Below, piece by piece: positions 19,206 through 29,099 of a stretch of DNA of 64,000 nucleotides (positions are counted from its first letter, which is position 1; every line of letters begins with the position of its first letter). The notes below the pieces were generated by a model. It searched no databases. It saw nothing but the letters and a program-made list of their open reading frames with translations, and had not been told where the DNA came from. The DNA is from Candidatus Thorarchaeota archaeon (GTDB taxonomy: Archaea > Asgardarchaeota > Thorarchaeia > Thorarchaeales > Thorarchaeaceae). The translations under genes and the position numbers were made by a program. Location of the stretch: the NCBI GenBank assembly GCA_019057475.1, contig DXJO01000022.1, positions 22,465 through 86,464 of the forward strand, read 5' to 3'.

Positions 19206-20132
19206 GTGAACCGGATGTTGTTAGAGTTACTGTCACACCCAGTTGTTTCAGGCCTGATCGTGATGGGCTTCTTGGGAGTCCTGACATACAAGGTTCGCTT
19301 TGTTGATATATCTGGTCTAATTGCTGCGTTCGTCGTAGGGTTCACAGTCTGGGCTGCAGGTGGACCCGCTTCCTTTGTGGTTCTTCTCTTTTTCTTCATC
19401 AGTGCTGGAATTGCCACGAAATACAAGTACAAAGCAAAGGCAAAGAAGGACCTTGCTCAGGAAGGCAAGGGTAGAAGAAGCTGGAAGAATGTCCTCGGAA
19501 GCGGCATCATCCCAATGATTTTCGCTATCGGCATGCAACTTGCGGCGCAATCAGTAATACCCGTTGATCCATTCTGGATGTTTGGAGGCTTTGTGGGCGC
19601 GGTGGCCACAACTTCCGCTGACACTCTGGCGAGTGAAATCGGAGTTTTCAGCAAATCAAAACCAAGACTGATTACTAACCTAAGGAGAAAGGTGCCAGCA
19701 GGGACCATAGGCGCAGTTTCACTCCTAGGGGAGTTGGTTGCGGTCGCGGCTGGTGCGATAATAGGTCTGGTTGCCTTAATCTTTGCAGTGTTGAATCCAG
19801 CTAGTGTGTATGTATCTTCTTTCGAGCAATTGCTATTCATCTTGCCTCTCTCAGTGCTTACAGCATTCATCGGATGCAACCTTGACAGTTTCTTGGGTGC
19901 CATTGCACAGAACAGGTTCGTGTGCGAGATATGCGGCGCCATCACTGACAAGGAGTTCCACTGTGACTACGAAACGAAGTATGTAGGTGGCTACAAGCAG
20001 TTCACCAACATGCACGTGAACCTTGGCTCCTCTGGATTGGGAGCAACGCTGGGAATCGTTCTTGGAGCCGGGCTTTTTATCTGGATACTCGGTGCCCTAT
20101 TCTTCTGGGTAGTGGTGTCGTCCAAGAACTAG
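19206..20132 (+). CDS. DUF92/TMEM19-family membrane protein with C-terminal Zn-ribbon-like motif
   Basis: RSWKNVLGSG, ADTLASEIG, GTIGAVSLLG, DSFLGA and CxxC...HC motifs. Confidence 0.9.
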   Translation: MNRMLLELLSHPVVSGLIVMGFLGVLTYKVRFVDISGLIAAFVVGFTVWAAGGPASFVVLLFFFISAGIATKYKYKAKAKKDLAQEGKGRRSWKNVLGSGIIPMIFAIGMQLAAQSVIPVDPFWMFGGFVGAVATTSADTLASEIGVFSKSKPRLITNLRRKVPAGTIGAVSLLGELVAVAAGAIIGLVALIFAVLNPASVYVSSFEQLLFILPLSVLTAFIGCNLDSFLGAIAQNRFVCEICGAITDKEFHCDYETKYVGGYKQFTNMHVNLGSSGLGATLGIVLGAGLFIWILGALFFWVVVSSKN

Positions 20133-20306
20133 ATCTCAGATATCCACAGATTCTTGCCTATATTCTCGACTTCTCGATTGAAACTGCAGGATGGTCTGAA
20201 GGTGGATGCTATCACTCTGCACAGAATGGTCCAATAATTTCAAATGCCGGAATGATATGTTCTGCTATGCACAGAATCGCTCATGTAGTCAGCCAAACTA
20301 CAAGAA

Positions 20307-21110
20307 ATGAGCGGAGAGGATAGAATGTCAAGATTCATTCGTTCAAGAGCTTACCCATGGGCTTTGACAGGTGTATTTGCTGCCATACATCTTGTGATAA
20401 CACTGATCCCATTCAGCCTCAGTGTAAGCGGGTCGGGTCTAATCTCATTCGGTATGCTTTCTGCTCCAATAGTGGGCTTCCTTCTTGGTCCATTCTTCGG
20501 TACTATAGCTGTTCTCATTGGATCCTACTTGGGAATCTTCGTCAACCCAGAGATTGCACTCATTGGACTTGCTACACCCATAGCTACCAGCGCTGGTGCG
20601 CTAGCTGCGGGCTTGATAAGAGCGAAGAAAACAATCTTCGTACCGATAATATACATAGTCGCCATGCTCCTTTACTTACTGAGCCCAGTTGGGCAACAGG
20701 TCCCAGAATTTGTGTGGTTCCACGTGATAGCGTTCGTGCTCTCACTTCTTCTGGTAATTCCACGGGTTTCGGGAAGGATTAGCGATGAGCTCGAACTGAA
20801 ACAGACAATAACAGCCAGAGCTCTATTCTTGTTAGCCCTAGTTTCCGTTACTCTTGATCAAGCCGTGGGCTCTGCGATAGGTTCCTTTTATCTGGTGTAT
20901 ATTGCAGGTTTTGACTTATCATTGGTCGTGTCTTGGTTCGTGCTGGGAGCCCTCATATACCCCATCGAGAGAATCCTTGGGGCCCTAATAGTGGTTGTAC
21001 TTCTGCGAGCTGTAGTCGAGAGCTTTTCGGCGGCCTATTTCCAGCTGCCGTTAACTCCCTTAGGCGCTGCAGGTTCTGTAACTGCGGATTTCATCGACTT
21101 GGAGGAGTGA
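20307..21110 (+). CDS. ECF transporter S component
   Basis: Multi-TM protein with GFLLGPFFG and YPIERI motifs typical of archaeal S components. Confidence 0.75.
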   Translation: MSGEDRMSRFIRSRAYPWALTGVFAAIHLVITLIPFSLSVSGSGLISFGMLSAPIVGFLLGPFFGTIAVLIGSYLGIFVNPEIALIGLATPIATSAGALAAGLIRAKKTIFVPIIYIVAMLLYLLSPVGQQVPEFVWFHVIAFVLSLLLVIPRVSGRISDELELKQTITARALFLLALVSVTLDQAVGSAIGSFYLVYIAGFDLSLVVSWFVLGALIYPIERILGALIVVVLLRAVVESFSAAYFQLPLTPLGAAGSVTADFIDLEE

Positions 21111-21221
21111 TGAAATACAAAAGGATTCGGAAGCTCTGCGATGTATCTGGTTCTGCGATGTATTCGAAGCTCTTACACCTTTAACAAGAGGCTACGACTT
21201 CGAGAAATTAGGAGGGCATCA

Positions 21222-21974
21222 TCAATTTAGAAGGACTGCGCTGACGCTGGTTGCATATACCTCAAAGTACAACAGCGGTTCCGCATACGACGGCTCAGAG
21301 CTCCAGACACGAAGACCCCTACGGGGCCACCCGCTAACAAATGCATGGTCCTCGTCAAAGACCCAAAGCTTGCCACGCATCTCACTCGGAAGGTCAACGC
21401 CGAGTGTGACAGCGGGTTCATCGCCAAGACCTCCAAGCCCGACTTCAAGACCGTAATTTCCGAATGTCACGTTTTCTTCCAAGATGAAGGTGATATGGCC
21501 AGTACTCACGAAGCTCATGCTGCGGCCCCCAATAATCGCACCATTGTCATAGGTCACTGTCATTGTAACATTCTCGCACTGGCCCAAGAAGACATCATAG
21601 GGTGTACCCGTGCCAAGAACGACGCTAAGTGACCTGATATTGCCATCCCGCTCTCCGCCCATCCATATCCAGACCTCTGTCGCCCCAGCGCCACCCATCT
21701 TGTCGATGTGGAAACTGGAGGACACGAACCCAGCATCCACGAGAATCACATCTACCGAGTAAAGGAGTGCCGTGTCGTTGACAAAGGACACATCCACCGA
21801 GCAGTCCTTTAACCAAGTGAACCTTATCACAACAGCTCGGTTCTCCCCCTCTGGAATCTGCTCCTCGAAGTGGAAGTCTGTGCCGTAGGGATAGAACACA
21901 ACGACGAAGAGTGCGCTGGATAATACCGTGACCATAATGAGTACAAGTAGAACCTTCCGCTTGTTCATTGCCAT
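21222..21974 (-). CDS. Hypothetical exported/membrane-anchored beta-rich protein
   Basis: MAMNKRK followed by a hydrophobic helix, after AGGAGAAGG; start reassigned. Confidence 0.75.
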   Translation of the reverse strand: MAMNKRKVLLVLIMVTVLSSALFVVVFYPYGTDFHFEEQIPEGENRAVVIRFTWLKDCSVDVSFVNDTALLYSVDVILVDAGFVSSSFHIDKMGGAGATEVWIWMGGERDGNIRSLSVVLGTGTPYDVFLGQCENVTMTVTYDNGAIIGGRSMSFVSTGHITFILEENVTFGNYGLEVGLGGLGDEPAVTLGVDLPSEMRGKLWVFDEDHAFVSGWPRRGLRVWSSEPSYAEPLLYFEVYATSVSAVLLN

Positions 21975-22295
21975 CCTTCTCCTACTTGGGCGTTTAGCCT
22001 CATAAAGATGCAGGCTTGTGGCACTGCACAAATTGCCATGGAATTGGAACCCTGCTATGATTGAGAGCCTGCATTGTTGGTAGCCTGCAGAAGAACTGAA
22101 GTGCGACCTTTCCCCCGGAATGACCCGTGTCTATTCTTTCCTCTCATTAGGAGAAAACCCATTCCCGCCGAAATGGCGCCGTGATAAACGAAACTTCATA
22201 TGGATTCGCGCGATAGAATCACTAGGGAATGGGGGGTTAAACCCGCTTCCGTGGTTGAATCACACGTAGAGTGTGTGGATAGGAGAAATAAGAAA

Positions 22296-23126
22296 TTGCA
22301 AATAGATTTAATGATGTTCACATTCGCGATTGTACTACTCGCGTTCTTTGCGTTGATGTTCATCGCAAGCGGCATTAAGGTGCTGAAAGAATGGGAGAGA
22401 GTAGCCATACTCAGACTTGGCAAGTTCAAGCACATCAAGGGGCCTGGAATTATTTTCGTTGTGCCAATGCTTGATAAGATTGCAATGAAGGTCTCTCTCA
22501 GGCTTCTGACCTACGCTTTCAAGACTGAACGGTCTTTGACAAAAGACAATGTTCCGGTCGTCGTTGATGCGGTGATGTACTTCCGTGTCATAGATGTGGA
22601 GAAGGCGATTCTGACCGTCGAGAGATACGCTGTGGCGGTCGAACTCGCGGCACAGACCACGTTACGAGAAACTATCGGCAAAATCACTCTTGACGAGCTG
22701 CTCTCTGAGAGAGATCAGATTGCAGAGCACATGCAGGAACTCATCGACGAGAAAACTGAGCATTGGGGAGTTAAAGTAACAGCGGTAGAGATTCGTGATG
22801 TCGTCATCCCGTCGGCACTGCAGGACGCAATGAGCAGAGAGGCACAGGCTGAGAGGGAGCGCAGAGCGCGAGTCACACTAGCTACGGCCGAGCTCGAGGC
22901 TTCCGAGAATATGCTTCAGGCGGCCAAGAAGTACGAGCAGTCTGAGGTTGGCTTGGTTCTGCGGACTTGGAATATTATGCAAGAAATATCCAAGAACGCC
23001 AACCTGATTATCATGGTGCCAGCCACAATACCGGAGGTTGGATTGACAGCTGCTACAGCGGTAGCGTTGAGCGCTGGAACCGGTGGCATAAAGATGCCGA
23101 AGGACAAGGGGATGGTGCAGAAATAG
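22296..23126 (+). CDS. SPFH/stomatin-like (slipin) protein
   Basis: EWERVAILRLG, GPG, TKDNVPV, AQTTLR, WGVKV and AEREARA-like motifs; start at TTG 22296 or ATG 22311. Confidence 0.93.
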   Translation: MQIDLMMFTFAIVLLAFFALMFIASGIKVLKEWERVAILRLGKFKHIKGPGIIFVVPMLDKIAMKVSLRLLTYAFKTERSLTKDNVPVVVDAVMYFRVIDVEKAILTVERYAVAVELAAQTTLRETIGKITLDELLSERDQIAEHMQELIDEKTEHWGVKVTAVEIRDVVIPSALQDAMSREAQAERERRARVTLATAELEASENMLQAAKKYEQSEVGLVLRTWNIMQEISKNANLIIMVPATIPEVGLTAATAVALSAGTGGIKMPKDKGMVQK

Positions 23127-23148
23127 ACACGGTCTGTGTCATAATGAG

Positions 23149-23862
23149 GTGGACAAGATAGACGCTTGGATTAAGATATTCATCGTGCTTGTGATGCTGT
23201 CAGCGTTGAGCTTGGTCGTAGGATATATGATCCACGACCCATTCGTGGGATTGATTCTCCTAGCGGTCATCCTCACTCTCTTAGTTGTCACAGTCGAGCC
23301 GGCCACTGGAAAGGCGATGGCACAGGTGACGATTCCTATCGTCATCATTCTGTTTGTATTCCAGATCGTTCTGAACCCATCCTTCCAATTTGAGATCTGG
23401 ATGCTGATCGTCGTAGGGGCAATCCTCTACTTGATGTTCACTCTCTTCACTGGAGGAGGCGCGCTCGAGGGGAGTCTGATTGATGCGAAGATGTCGCTGA
23501 AACTGTTTCCGATTTACGGCTTAGCGATATTGCTAGCGTCAATCGCAGATCCGTCGAACAGAACAACTGCCATCATGATGGCCGTTACTATCGGGGGGAT
23601 GATGGTGCTCTACTGGGTATTCCTGAGGGACTACGAAGAGTGGCCAGAGGTCACCTATGGACCCACCAGTGTGATTGCTCTGACGGATTTGAATCCGCGA
23701 GGCAAGGTGAAGACGGGAGCCGAAGTTTGGTGGGCAAAGGCCACAGACCCCCCGATACAGGCAGGAGAGCGTGTCATGTTTCGGGGAGTCAGCGGGCTCA
23801 CGATGGTCGTTTCAAGGTACAAAGACGATCAGGACTCAGAACACGAGTCAACCAACGATTAG
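23149..23862 (+). CDS. NfeD-like membrane protein (TM bundle + C-terminal OB fold)
   Basis: About 6 TM helices followed by LNPRGKVKTGAEVWWA...GERV...GLTMVV; adjacent to stomatin, the established NfeD partner. Confidence 0.85.
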   Translation: MDKIDAWIKIFIVLVMLSALSLVVGYMIHDPFVGLILLAVILTLLVVTVEPATGKAMAQVTIPIVIILFVFQIVLNPSFQFEIWMLIVVGAILYLMFTLFTGGGALEGSLIDAKMSLKLFPIYGLAILLASIADPSNRTTAIMMAVTIGGMMVLYWVFLRDYEEWPEVTYGPTSVIALTDLNPRGKVKTGAEVWWAKATDPPIQAGERVMFRGVSGLTMVVSRYKDDQDSEHESTND

Positions 23863-23887
23863 ATTGTGGGGTCGGCTAACCCGACCC

Positions 23888-24703
23888 TCAACCTCTTTTT
23901 TCTTGGCCCCGTTTTAGAATGAGCCAGATGATAGACAGTCCGAATAGAAAACCCAATACCGTTGTTATGCCCCACTCGATTTGGAATATCTCAGGGCTAA
24001 TGACAGGCTCTCTTGGATAGACTGGGAAGGCGATAAAGACAACGATATTCCACGCGAAGTGAAACCCAATAGGCACCCAAAGCCGTTCATTGGAATAGTA
24101 GTAGCCCAGACTCAGCACTGCACCGCCCACGAAGAGATTGAGCGTGAAAAGTATGACTAGATGAAGCGGGACGGATCCAAGAGGCGTCCACCAAGAGAAA
24201 TGAAGAAGCGCAAAGACTAGAGAGCTAATTGCTATGCCCTTGCCTCGTCCCCAGAGCTCGACCATTCGAGGCATCATATAGCCACGATAGCAGAGCTCCT
24301 CAAAGTAGGAAACCGGAATGGCGATGATAATCACTGATAGTACAAGTTCTTCCGCAAACGACGATGGAGATGCGACTTGACCTCCAAAGGCGAAAGCTAT
24401 TAAAAAAACTAGAGCGGCTGCTGCGCCTCCAGCAATTCCCCCAACGATTAGATGTGGCCAGGTATTCTTGTCGGTTTCGAGGCCCAGCTCTGTAACAGAA
24501 TCGCCTCCTTCCTGCTTCACGAATTGAAGTACTGTAAGGAACTTGAGAGGGAATGTCATCCAGGACAATAGGCTACGCACTGATTCGTACTCTTCGGTAC
24601 CCAGAAAGAGTGCAGACAGCACGTGAGGCATTTCTGCAAGTAGAAGCATCAGAAGGCAGAACAGAATGATTCGCGCTACTTTGTCAGTTCGTTCTTCAGA
24701 CAT
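23888..24703 (-). CDS. CPBP (Abi/CAAX type II) intramembrane protease
   Basis: EELCYRG, FALLH and HFAWN motifs. Confidence 0.92.
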   Translation of the reverse strand: MSEERTDKVARIILFCLLMLLLAEMPHVLSALFLGTEEYESVRSLLSWMTFPLKFLTVLQFVKQEGGDSVTELGLETDKNTWPHLIVGGIAGGAAAALVFLIAFAFGGQVASPSSFAEELVLSVIIIAIPVSYFEELCYRGYMMPRMVELWGRGKGIAISSLVFALLHFSWWTPLGSVPLHLVILFTLNLFVGGAVLSLGYYYSNERLWVPIGFHFAWNIVVFIAFPVYPREPVISPEIFQIEWGITTVLGFLFGLSIIWLILKRGQEKRG

Positions 24704-24941
24704 CGGATTCGCCGTAAACGGCCTGATATCTAATGCCTAAATCTCATCCGGTAGCGATATCCAGATAATTTGAAAACCTGCGCAAGCGAGCTGAGACGCA
24801 TTCGCCACCGATATGTATACAGCTAGCCAACTGATTTAAGTGGGCGACACCATTTCGACTTCCAAGGCTTGTGAGTACTGCCGCCATCGAATACAGAATC
24901 ACATTTGACGATGGCCTAAGTAATCCAAGGAGAGAGGTCTC

Positions 24942-26126
24942 TTGTCGAATGCTCGTAGACTATTGTTGGAGTTCGAAACGGAAGAGGTTGGCGTTCGTGC
25001 CAGAGACAATGCGAAGATGAGAAAAGCCCTAGTTCGTGCATTTTCAGACCCCTCAGAAATTGTTAGGGAACGAGCTTTGATTGCGGCGATTGACCTTGGA
25101 GACGCCAGCATTGTGACGGATATCAGGGCACCGTTGGATGATGATAATGCGGACGTTCGCGTTGCAGCAGCTCAGGCATTGGCCTGGTACCATCAACCAA
25201 GAACTATTCCGGCTCTGATTCACGGCCTGAAGGATTCAAACACTTGGGTGAGGTCACACTGTGCACTAGGCCTTTCCAAGTTGCTCCACGGCCCGATATG
25301 GGCACGGATTCCCGGAGAGGACATAGACATCATCCACGCGGACTTTCCTGAAATGGATGAGGACAACATCAGGATATTTCTCCACAAACTGGAGCTCTCC
25401 GAGGAAGCAGTAGACCAATTCATAATGTGGAAAAGCGCGAAGTTCGAGATTGAGATTGACGAGAGCATTTTGATTAAGGAAACTGAAGGAAAACCAATCA
25501 TCCTTTCAGCTGCAATGACCGAAGGCGCCGAACCAGTAAGAGATTCTGGCCTCTCTGAGGAAGTGGAAACGATCTTGAGCGAACTGCCAGATGAAGTCAG
25601 AGCGTCATTGCCTTCCGAAGACCTTCGCAGATTGACCCCCTCAACTGCGAGGGAGCTTGTCACCTCATTGACCGCCAAAAAACCCAAGAAAAAGGCTGTC
25701 AGAGTCAAGCGGGTGAAGAGGGTACGCAAGAAGAAGAAAAAGCCTCTCGCTCGCGAGCAGCTCATTGAGAAGATACCAGCCGAGGTTCGAGAAACCGTTT
25801 CTGAGGACGTTCTCGAATCCCTAAGTACTGATGAGCTTGAGGCACTAGTTGCTGCAACACCTGAAGTAGAGGAAGCTGAACCCGCTGTAGAGGAGCCTGA
25901 GAAAAAGAAACGGAAGAAGAAGTCCGGTGAGGCACTTCCGCCCGTCGATGAGGAAGCGATCGAGGATCTGCGGTGGCAGGGATTCGTTGACAAATATGGC
26001 GAGGAAAAAGCCGACTTGCTTATCACGGTATCTCCAGAAATGCTTGAAGGTATTCCTCAGGAGCAGATTGCTGACATGGACATGGACACTCTCAGGAGCT
26101 TGATCCAAGCATTGGAACCTCGATAG
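24942..26126 (+). CDS. HEAT-repeat protein with Lys-rich tracts and three C-terminal helical repeats
   Basis: PBS-lyase-type repeats DPSEIVRERA, DDNADVRVAAAQAL and DSNTWVRSHCALGL; poly-Lys tracts. Confidence 0.85.
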   Translation: MSNARRLLLEFETEEVGVRARDNAKMRKALVRAFSDPSEIVRERALIAAIDLGDASIVTDIRAPLDDDNADVRVAAAQALAWYHQPRTIPALIHGLKDSNTWVRSHCALGLSKLLHGPIWARIPGEDIDIIHADFPEMDEDNIRIFLHKLELSEEAVDQFIMWKSAKFEIEIDESILIKETEGKPIILSAAMTEGAEPVRDSGLSEEVETILSELPDEVRASLPSEDLRRLTPSTARELVTSLTAKKPKKKAVRVKRVKRVRKKKKKPLAREQLIEKIPAEVRETVSEDVLESLSTDELEALVAATPEVEEAEPAVEEPEKKKRKKKSGEALPPVDEEAIEDLRWQGFVDKYGEEKADLLITVSPEMLEGIPQEQIADMDMDTLRSLIQALEPR

Positions 26127-26134
26127 GTGAATGC

Positions 26135-27430
26135 CTATCCAGATCCCCGAATCACAACTGCGAACTCACTTGCTAGTTTACCATACCATTCTAGCAGGTC
26201 ACGCATATTATCTACATGACGATAGATTCCGTTCCCATACTGGGAGATGGCTAGCATCAGTTCTTCGTCAATTTCGCTGCGCTCTCCTAGTCCAATGCAA
26301 TAGATGACCAAATTGACAGCCTCAGTGAAGCGCTCCTTCAACACTTTTAGTGGCGGGGGTCCAGATGTTGTCATTCCATCAGTAAGCAATATCAACATGG
26401 TTGGTTTCTTGGTATCGTCAAAAGCCTCGAGAATCTCGTGCGCTTTTATCAACGCGGAGCCCATGTCGGTCAGAGTGCCACCTTCTTCAACTTTGTCTAC
26501 TACGTGAGTGCTGATTATCTGAAGGCCAAGTGCCTTTTCTCGGCCCGTGCATTCCACAAAAGGCTGAACTTCGCCTGTGTCGGAGCTGAGAAATGTCATC
26601 TCACTCACTTCCTTCTCGAAAGTAATGATACCAACCTTCTCACCATAACCCCTGCCGACTTTCTCAGCTAGGTATAGGAGGATAGCCATCGCAGCTGCTT
26701 CGGCACGGCTGACCATACTGCCCTCTTCAAACCGGTCAAGGAATGCCTGAACTTCCGGGTTATCACCCGCGAGGTCCTTCAGACCCTCCCGGGCATGCGC
26801 TATATCCTGAACTGGAACATCGGTGGTCTTCATTGATCCACTAGTGTCAATACATAGTATTGCGTTGAAGGGTGTGGCTATGCCAACTGTCTTGAACTCA
26901 TACCCGGTCTTCTCTCTCAATGCTTCAAAGGCAAGCTTTGCGAAGCTTTTCCCGGATAACAGCGGTCTGACATTCATTATCTCTACATTCGCATTCATCT
27001 CGGGCCAATTGAATGACATCCCCGGATAGACAAGCCGACCATCAATAATTTTCTCAAGAGACTTTACTCTTTCAGCTGCACGGGTGACCAAGTCATCTGT
27101 GTTGGCGTCTTCTGTAAGTGGCTTCAGACCGAACTCCACGTACTCTAGAGCTGTCATATCCTTATCATAGAGCGTTACTTCAACCATATCCGATTCCATA
27201 AGCAATGAAGCTTCCAGAATCAGTGTGTCAATCACAATTTGGTCCGGAGGAACGTCCTTGCTCTTCCTAATCTCTGCAGCTCCCCAAAATGCAGATTGAG
27301 AGTCTTCAAAAACGACGATAGATCCCATCTCTGCGTTCAAAGCTTTAGCAGTCTTAGGATGAAGATTGGCGTAGCCTCTTAGGTCGCCACCGTCAACGAT
27401 TTCAAGTTTCGCCTTCTTAGTGATGGCAAT
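26135..27430 (-). CDS. CDC48-N-like (double-psi barrel) + VWA domain protein with intact MIDAS
   Basis: IDTSGS, GTLTD and LLTDG MIDAS elements. The frame is open 30 codons upstream of the called TTG (27340), to an ATT after GGAGG, which completes ANLHPKTAKALNAEMGSIV. Confidence 0.85.
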   Translation of the reverse strand: MAITKKAKLEIVDGGDLRGYANLHPKTAKALNAEMGSIVVFEDSQSAFWGAAEIRKSKDVPPDQIVIDTLILEASLLMESDMVEVTLYDKDMTALEYVEFGLKPLTEDANTDDLVTRAAERVKSLEKIIDGRLVYPGMSFNWPEMNANVEIMNVRPLLSGKSFAKLAFEALREKTGYEFKTVGIATPFNAILCIDTSGSMKTTDVPVQDIAHAREGLKDLAGDNPEVQAFLDRFEEGSMVSRAEAAAMAILLYLAEKVGRGYGEKVGIITFEKEVSEMTFLSSDTGEVQPFVECTGREKALGLQIISTHVVDKVEEGGTLTDMGSALIKAHEILEAFDDTKKPTMLILLTDGMTTSGPPPLKVLKERFTEAVNLVIYCIGLGERSEIDEELMLAISQYGNGIYRHVDNMRDLLEWYGKLASEFAVVIRGSG

Positions 27431-27459
27431 AGCCTCCGCTACAAGTTTCCCGTCCTCAT

Positions 27460-27467
27460 TTTATAAA
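27460..27467 (-). promoter_or_regulatory. TATA box for the VWA gene
   Basis: TTTATAAA about 30 nt upstream of the proposed ATT start. Confidence 0.55.
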
Positions 27468-27486
27468 GAATTGTGAGGTACTAAGG

Positions 27487-28986
27487 TCATCCAAGCATGG
27501 ACTCAATCGCAGATGTGAATTCTTTGGGGGTTGAAAAGAGCTTCGAGTTGCTTGTCAGGTCAGTTGAGAGAATGGGGTGCTTCTTCTGTTGCGCCAACTC
27601 AGTAGAGAGCATAGTGGCCTTTTCGTAGTCGTTCAGGATGATGCAACTAATCATGTCATTGGGGTGCGATTTCACCCAGACTATGAATTCACGCGCATCA
27701 TCTCGCGTTCGTAATGTCATGAAGTAGGAATCAAAGTATATGCCGTTGTCGCCCCCCGCAGACATCGGCCGCAGGTCAGGCCATGTCCTTTTGGGGGGCA
27801 GCATGTAGTCCACAGAGGCGAGATTTAGTGCACCCTCTGCTATCTTTGCGATAAGGCTAGTTTCCAATACTGAACGTGCAGACTTTTTCTTCTGTGTGCA
27901 TGTTAGCATTTGGGGGTTCTCATGAGCCATACGCTTTGTTCGGAATGGCGTTCCAACGAGGGACAATGCGTTGCCTCCAAGGATCCTCTGAATGTCACTG
28001 AGAGACCCCAAGAAATCCCTAGATAGAAGGTGTAAAATCACATCGGCGGCTTGGACTGAGAGAAAGCTGTAGTCCGTGCCGAAAAGAAATTTCTCTGACC
28101 AATGAAAACCGGCATTTGCCAGCATATCGGTGGCTGTGCGAAACAGAACAGGAACATCCTGATCATGAAGGGTTGAGGTTTCTCCATAGATGACAGGGTC
28201 TCTCAGCAGCTCGTGGAAATGGGGGTCTCCAGGACTCATCCCGCAATGAGCCAAAATAATTTTCAAACCTTTCATTGCTTTTGCATACTTTTGCTCGTTT
28301 CGCATGGCTTCGACCATGGCATGTATCCGTCGCGCCGTTTTTACGTTCCGAGTGTCGAATATAATTGGAACCTTCAGCTCGCCAGCCTTTCTCACGACAC
28401 GTAGAGTCATTTCATCTTCGATTTCTTCAACGAAAAGCTGTGCTACCGGATGCAGCTTAAGACCCCTAAGTCCGAGCTTTGTTACTGCGCGATTAAGCTC
28501 TCGGACTGCTGCGGTTCTAGACCTCAGAAAGTCTTTTGGGTCAACTCTTGCGAAACCAATCAGCCGAGTTGAGTGAGGAGCACGAGTGGTCCATCCCGCG
28601 ATTTTATCATTTGATACCTTGAAGGAAGCCCCCTTGCCTTCCTCTAGGTAGTCATCTGTGAAGGGAAAGACAATGGTTCTGTCTACAAGCCATCCATGAT
28701 TAAGTCGCGCCCAACTCTTCCGACTGGAGAAACATTTGGAGGGTAGGTTGGAAGGCACCACATCCACGGGTTCGAACAAGAGTGCATCACTCTCTTTCAG
28801 GTCCTTGACCATGCGCTGCATTTCAAACCAGAGCAGAGCGTAAAACTCGTACGCGCCAGGAGGTGTGTTTGTGTGTCCTTTCTCGCGACCCATATGGTGA
28901 TGCGCGTCTACGATATACAGCCTGAACTTCTGTCCCTTCTTGATGCCTTTCTCAGGCTGGTCCTCAATCGCTCGAACTACGAGCAT
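27487..28986 (-). CDS. Amidohydrolase_2-family metallohydrolase with C-terminal extra domain
   Basis: DAHHH, GFARVDP, GLKLHP, ILAHCG, FGTDY and ILGGNA motifs. Confidence 0.9.
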   Translation of the reverse strand: MLVVRAIEDQPEKGIKKGQKFRLYIVDAHHHMGREKGHTNTPPGAYEFYALLWFEMQRMVKDLKESDALLFEPVDVVPSNLPSKCFSSRKSWARLNHGWLVDRTIVFPFTDDYLEEGKGASFKVSNDKIAGWTTRAPHSTRLIGFARVDPKDFLRSRTAAVRELNRAVTKLGLRGLKLHPVAQLFVEEIEDEMTLRVVRKAGELKVPIIFDTRNVKTARRIHAMVEAMRNEQKYAKAMKGLKIILAHCGMSPGDPHFHELLRDPVIYGETSTLHDQDVPVLFRTATDMLANAGFHWSEKFLFGTDYSFLSVQAADVILHLLSRDFLGSLSDIQRILGGNALSLVGTPFRTKRMAHENPQMLTCTQKKKSARSVLETSLIAKIAEGALNLASVDYMLPPKRTWPDLRPMSAGGDNGIYFDSYFMTLRTRDDAREFIVWVKSHPNDMISCIILNDYEKATMLSTELAQQKKHPILSTDLTSNSKLFSTPKEFTSAIESMLG

Positions 28987-29099
28987 GTGTTCTTCGCTCC
29001 TCTAGGTAGGAGATACATCAAATGCTCGACATAAACCATTGCGTGAGATACATTCATCTGATATTTCATCTTGGAAGACGTGACACGAGGTAAGACTCG

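Noticed and set aside
21110-21184. 24-codon ORF and short direct repeats (CTGCGATGTAT x2, GAAGCTCT x2) after the ECF gene
   Set aside because: The apparent RBS is just the Glu-Glu codons of the upstream gene, and the repeats are too short and too few to interpret.
25220-26026. 268-aa Ser/Phe-rich antisense ORF and the many other shadow ORFs in the track
   Set aside because: They mirror low-complexity or well-supported genes on the opposite strand or in another frame.
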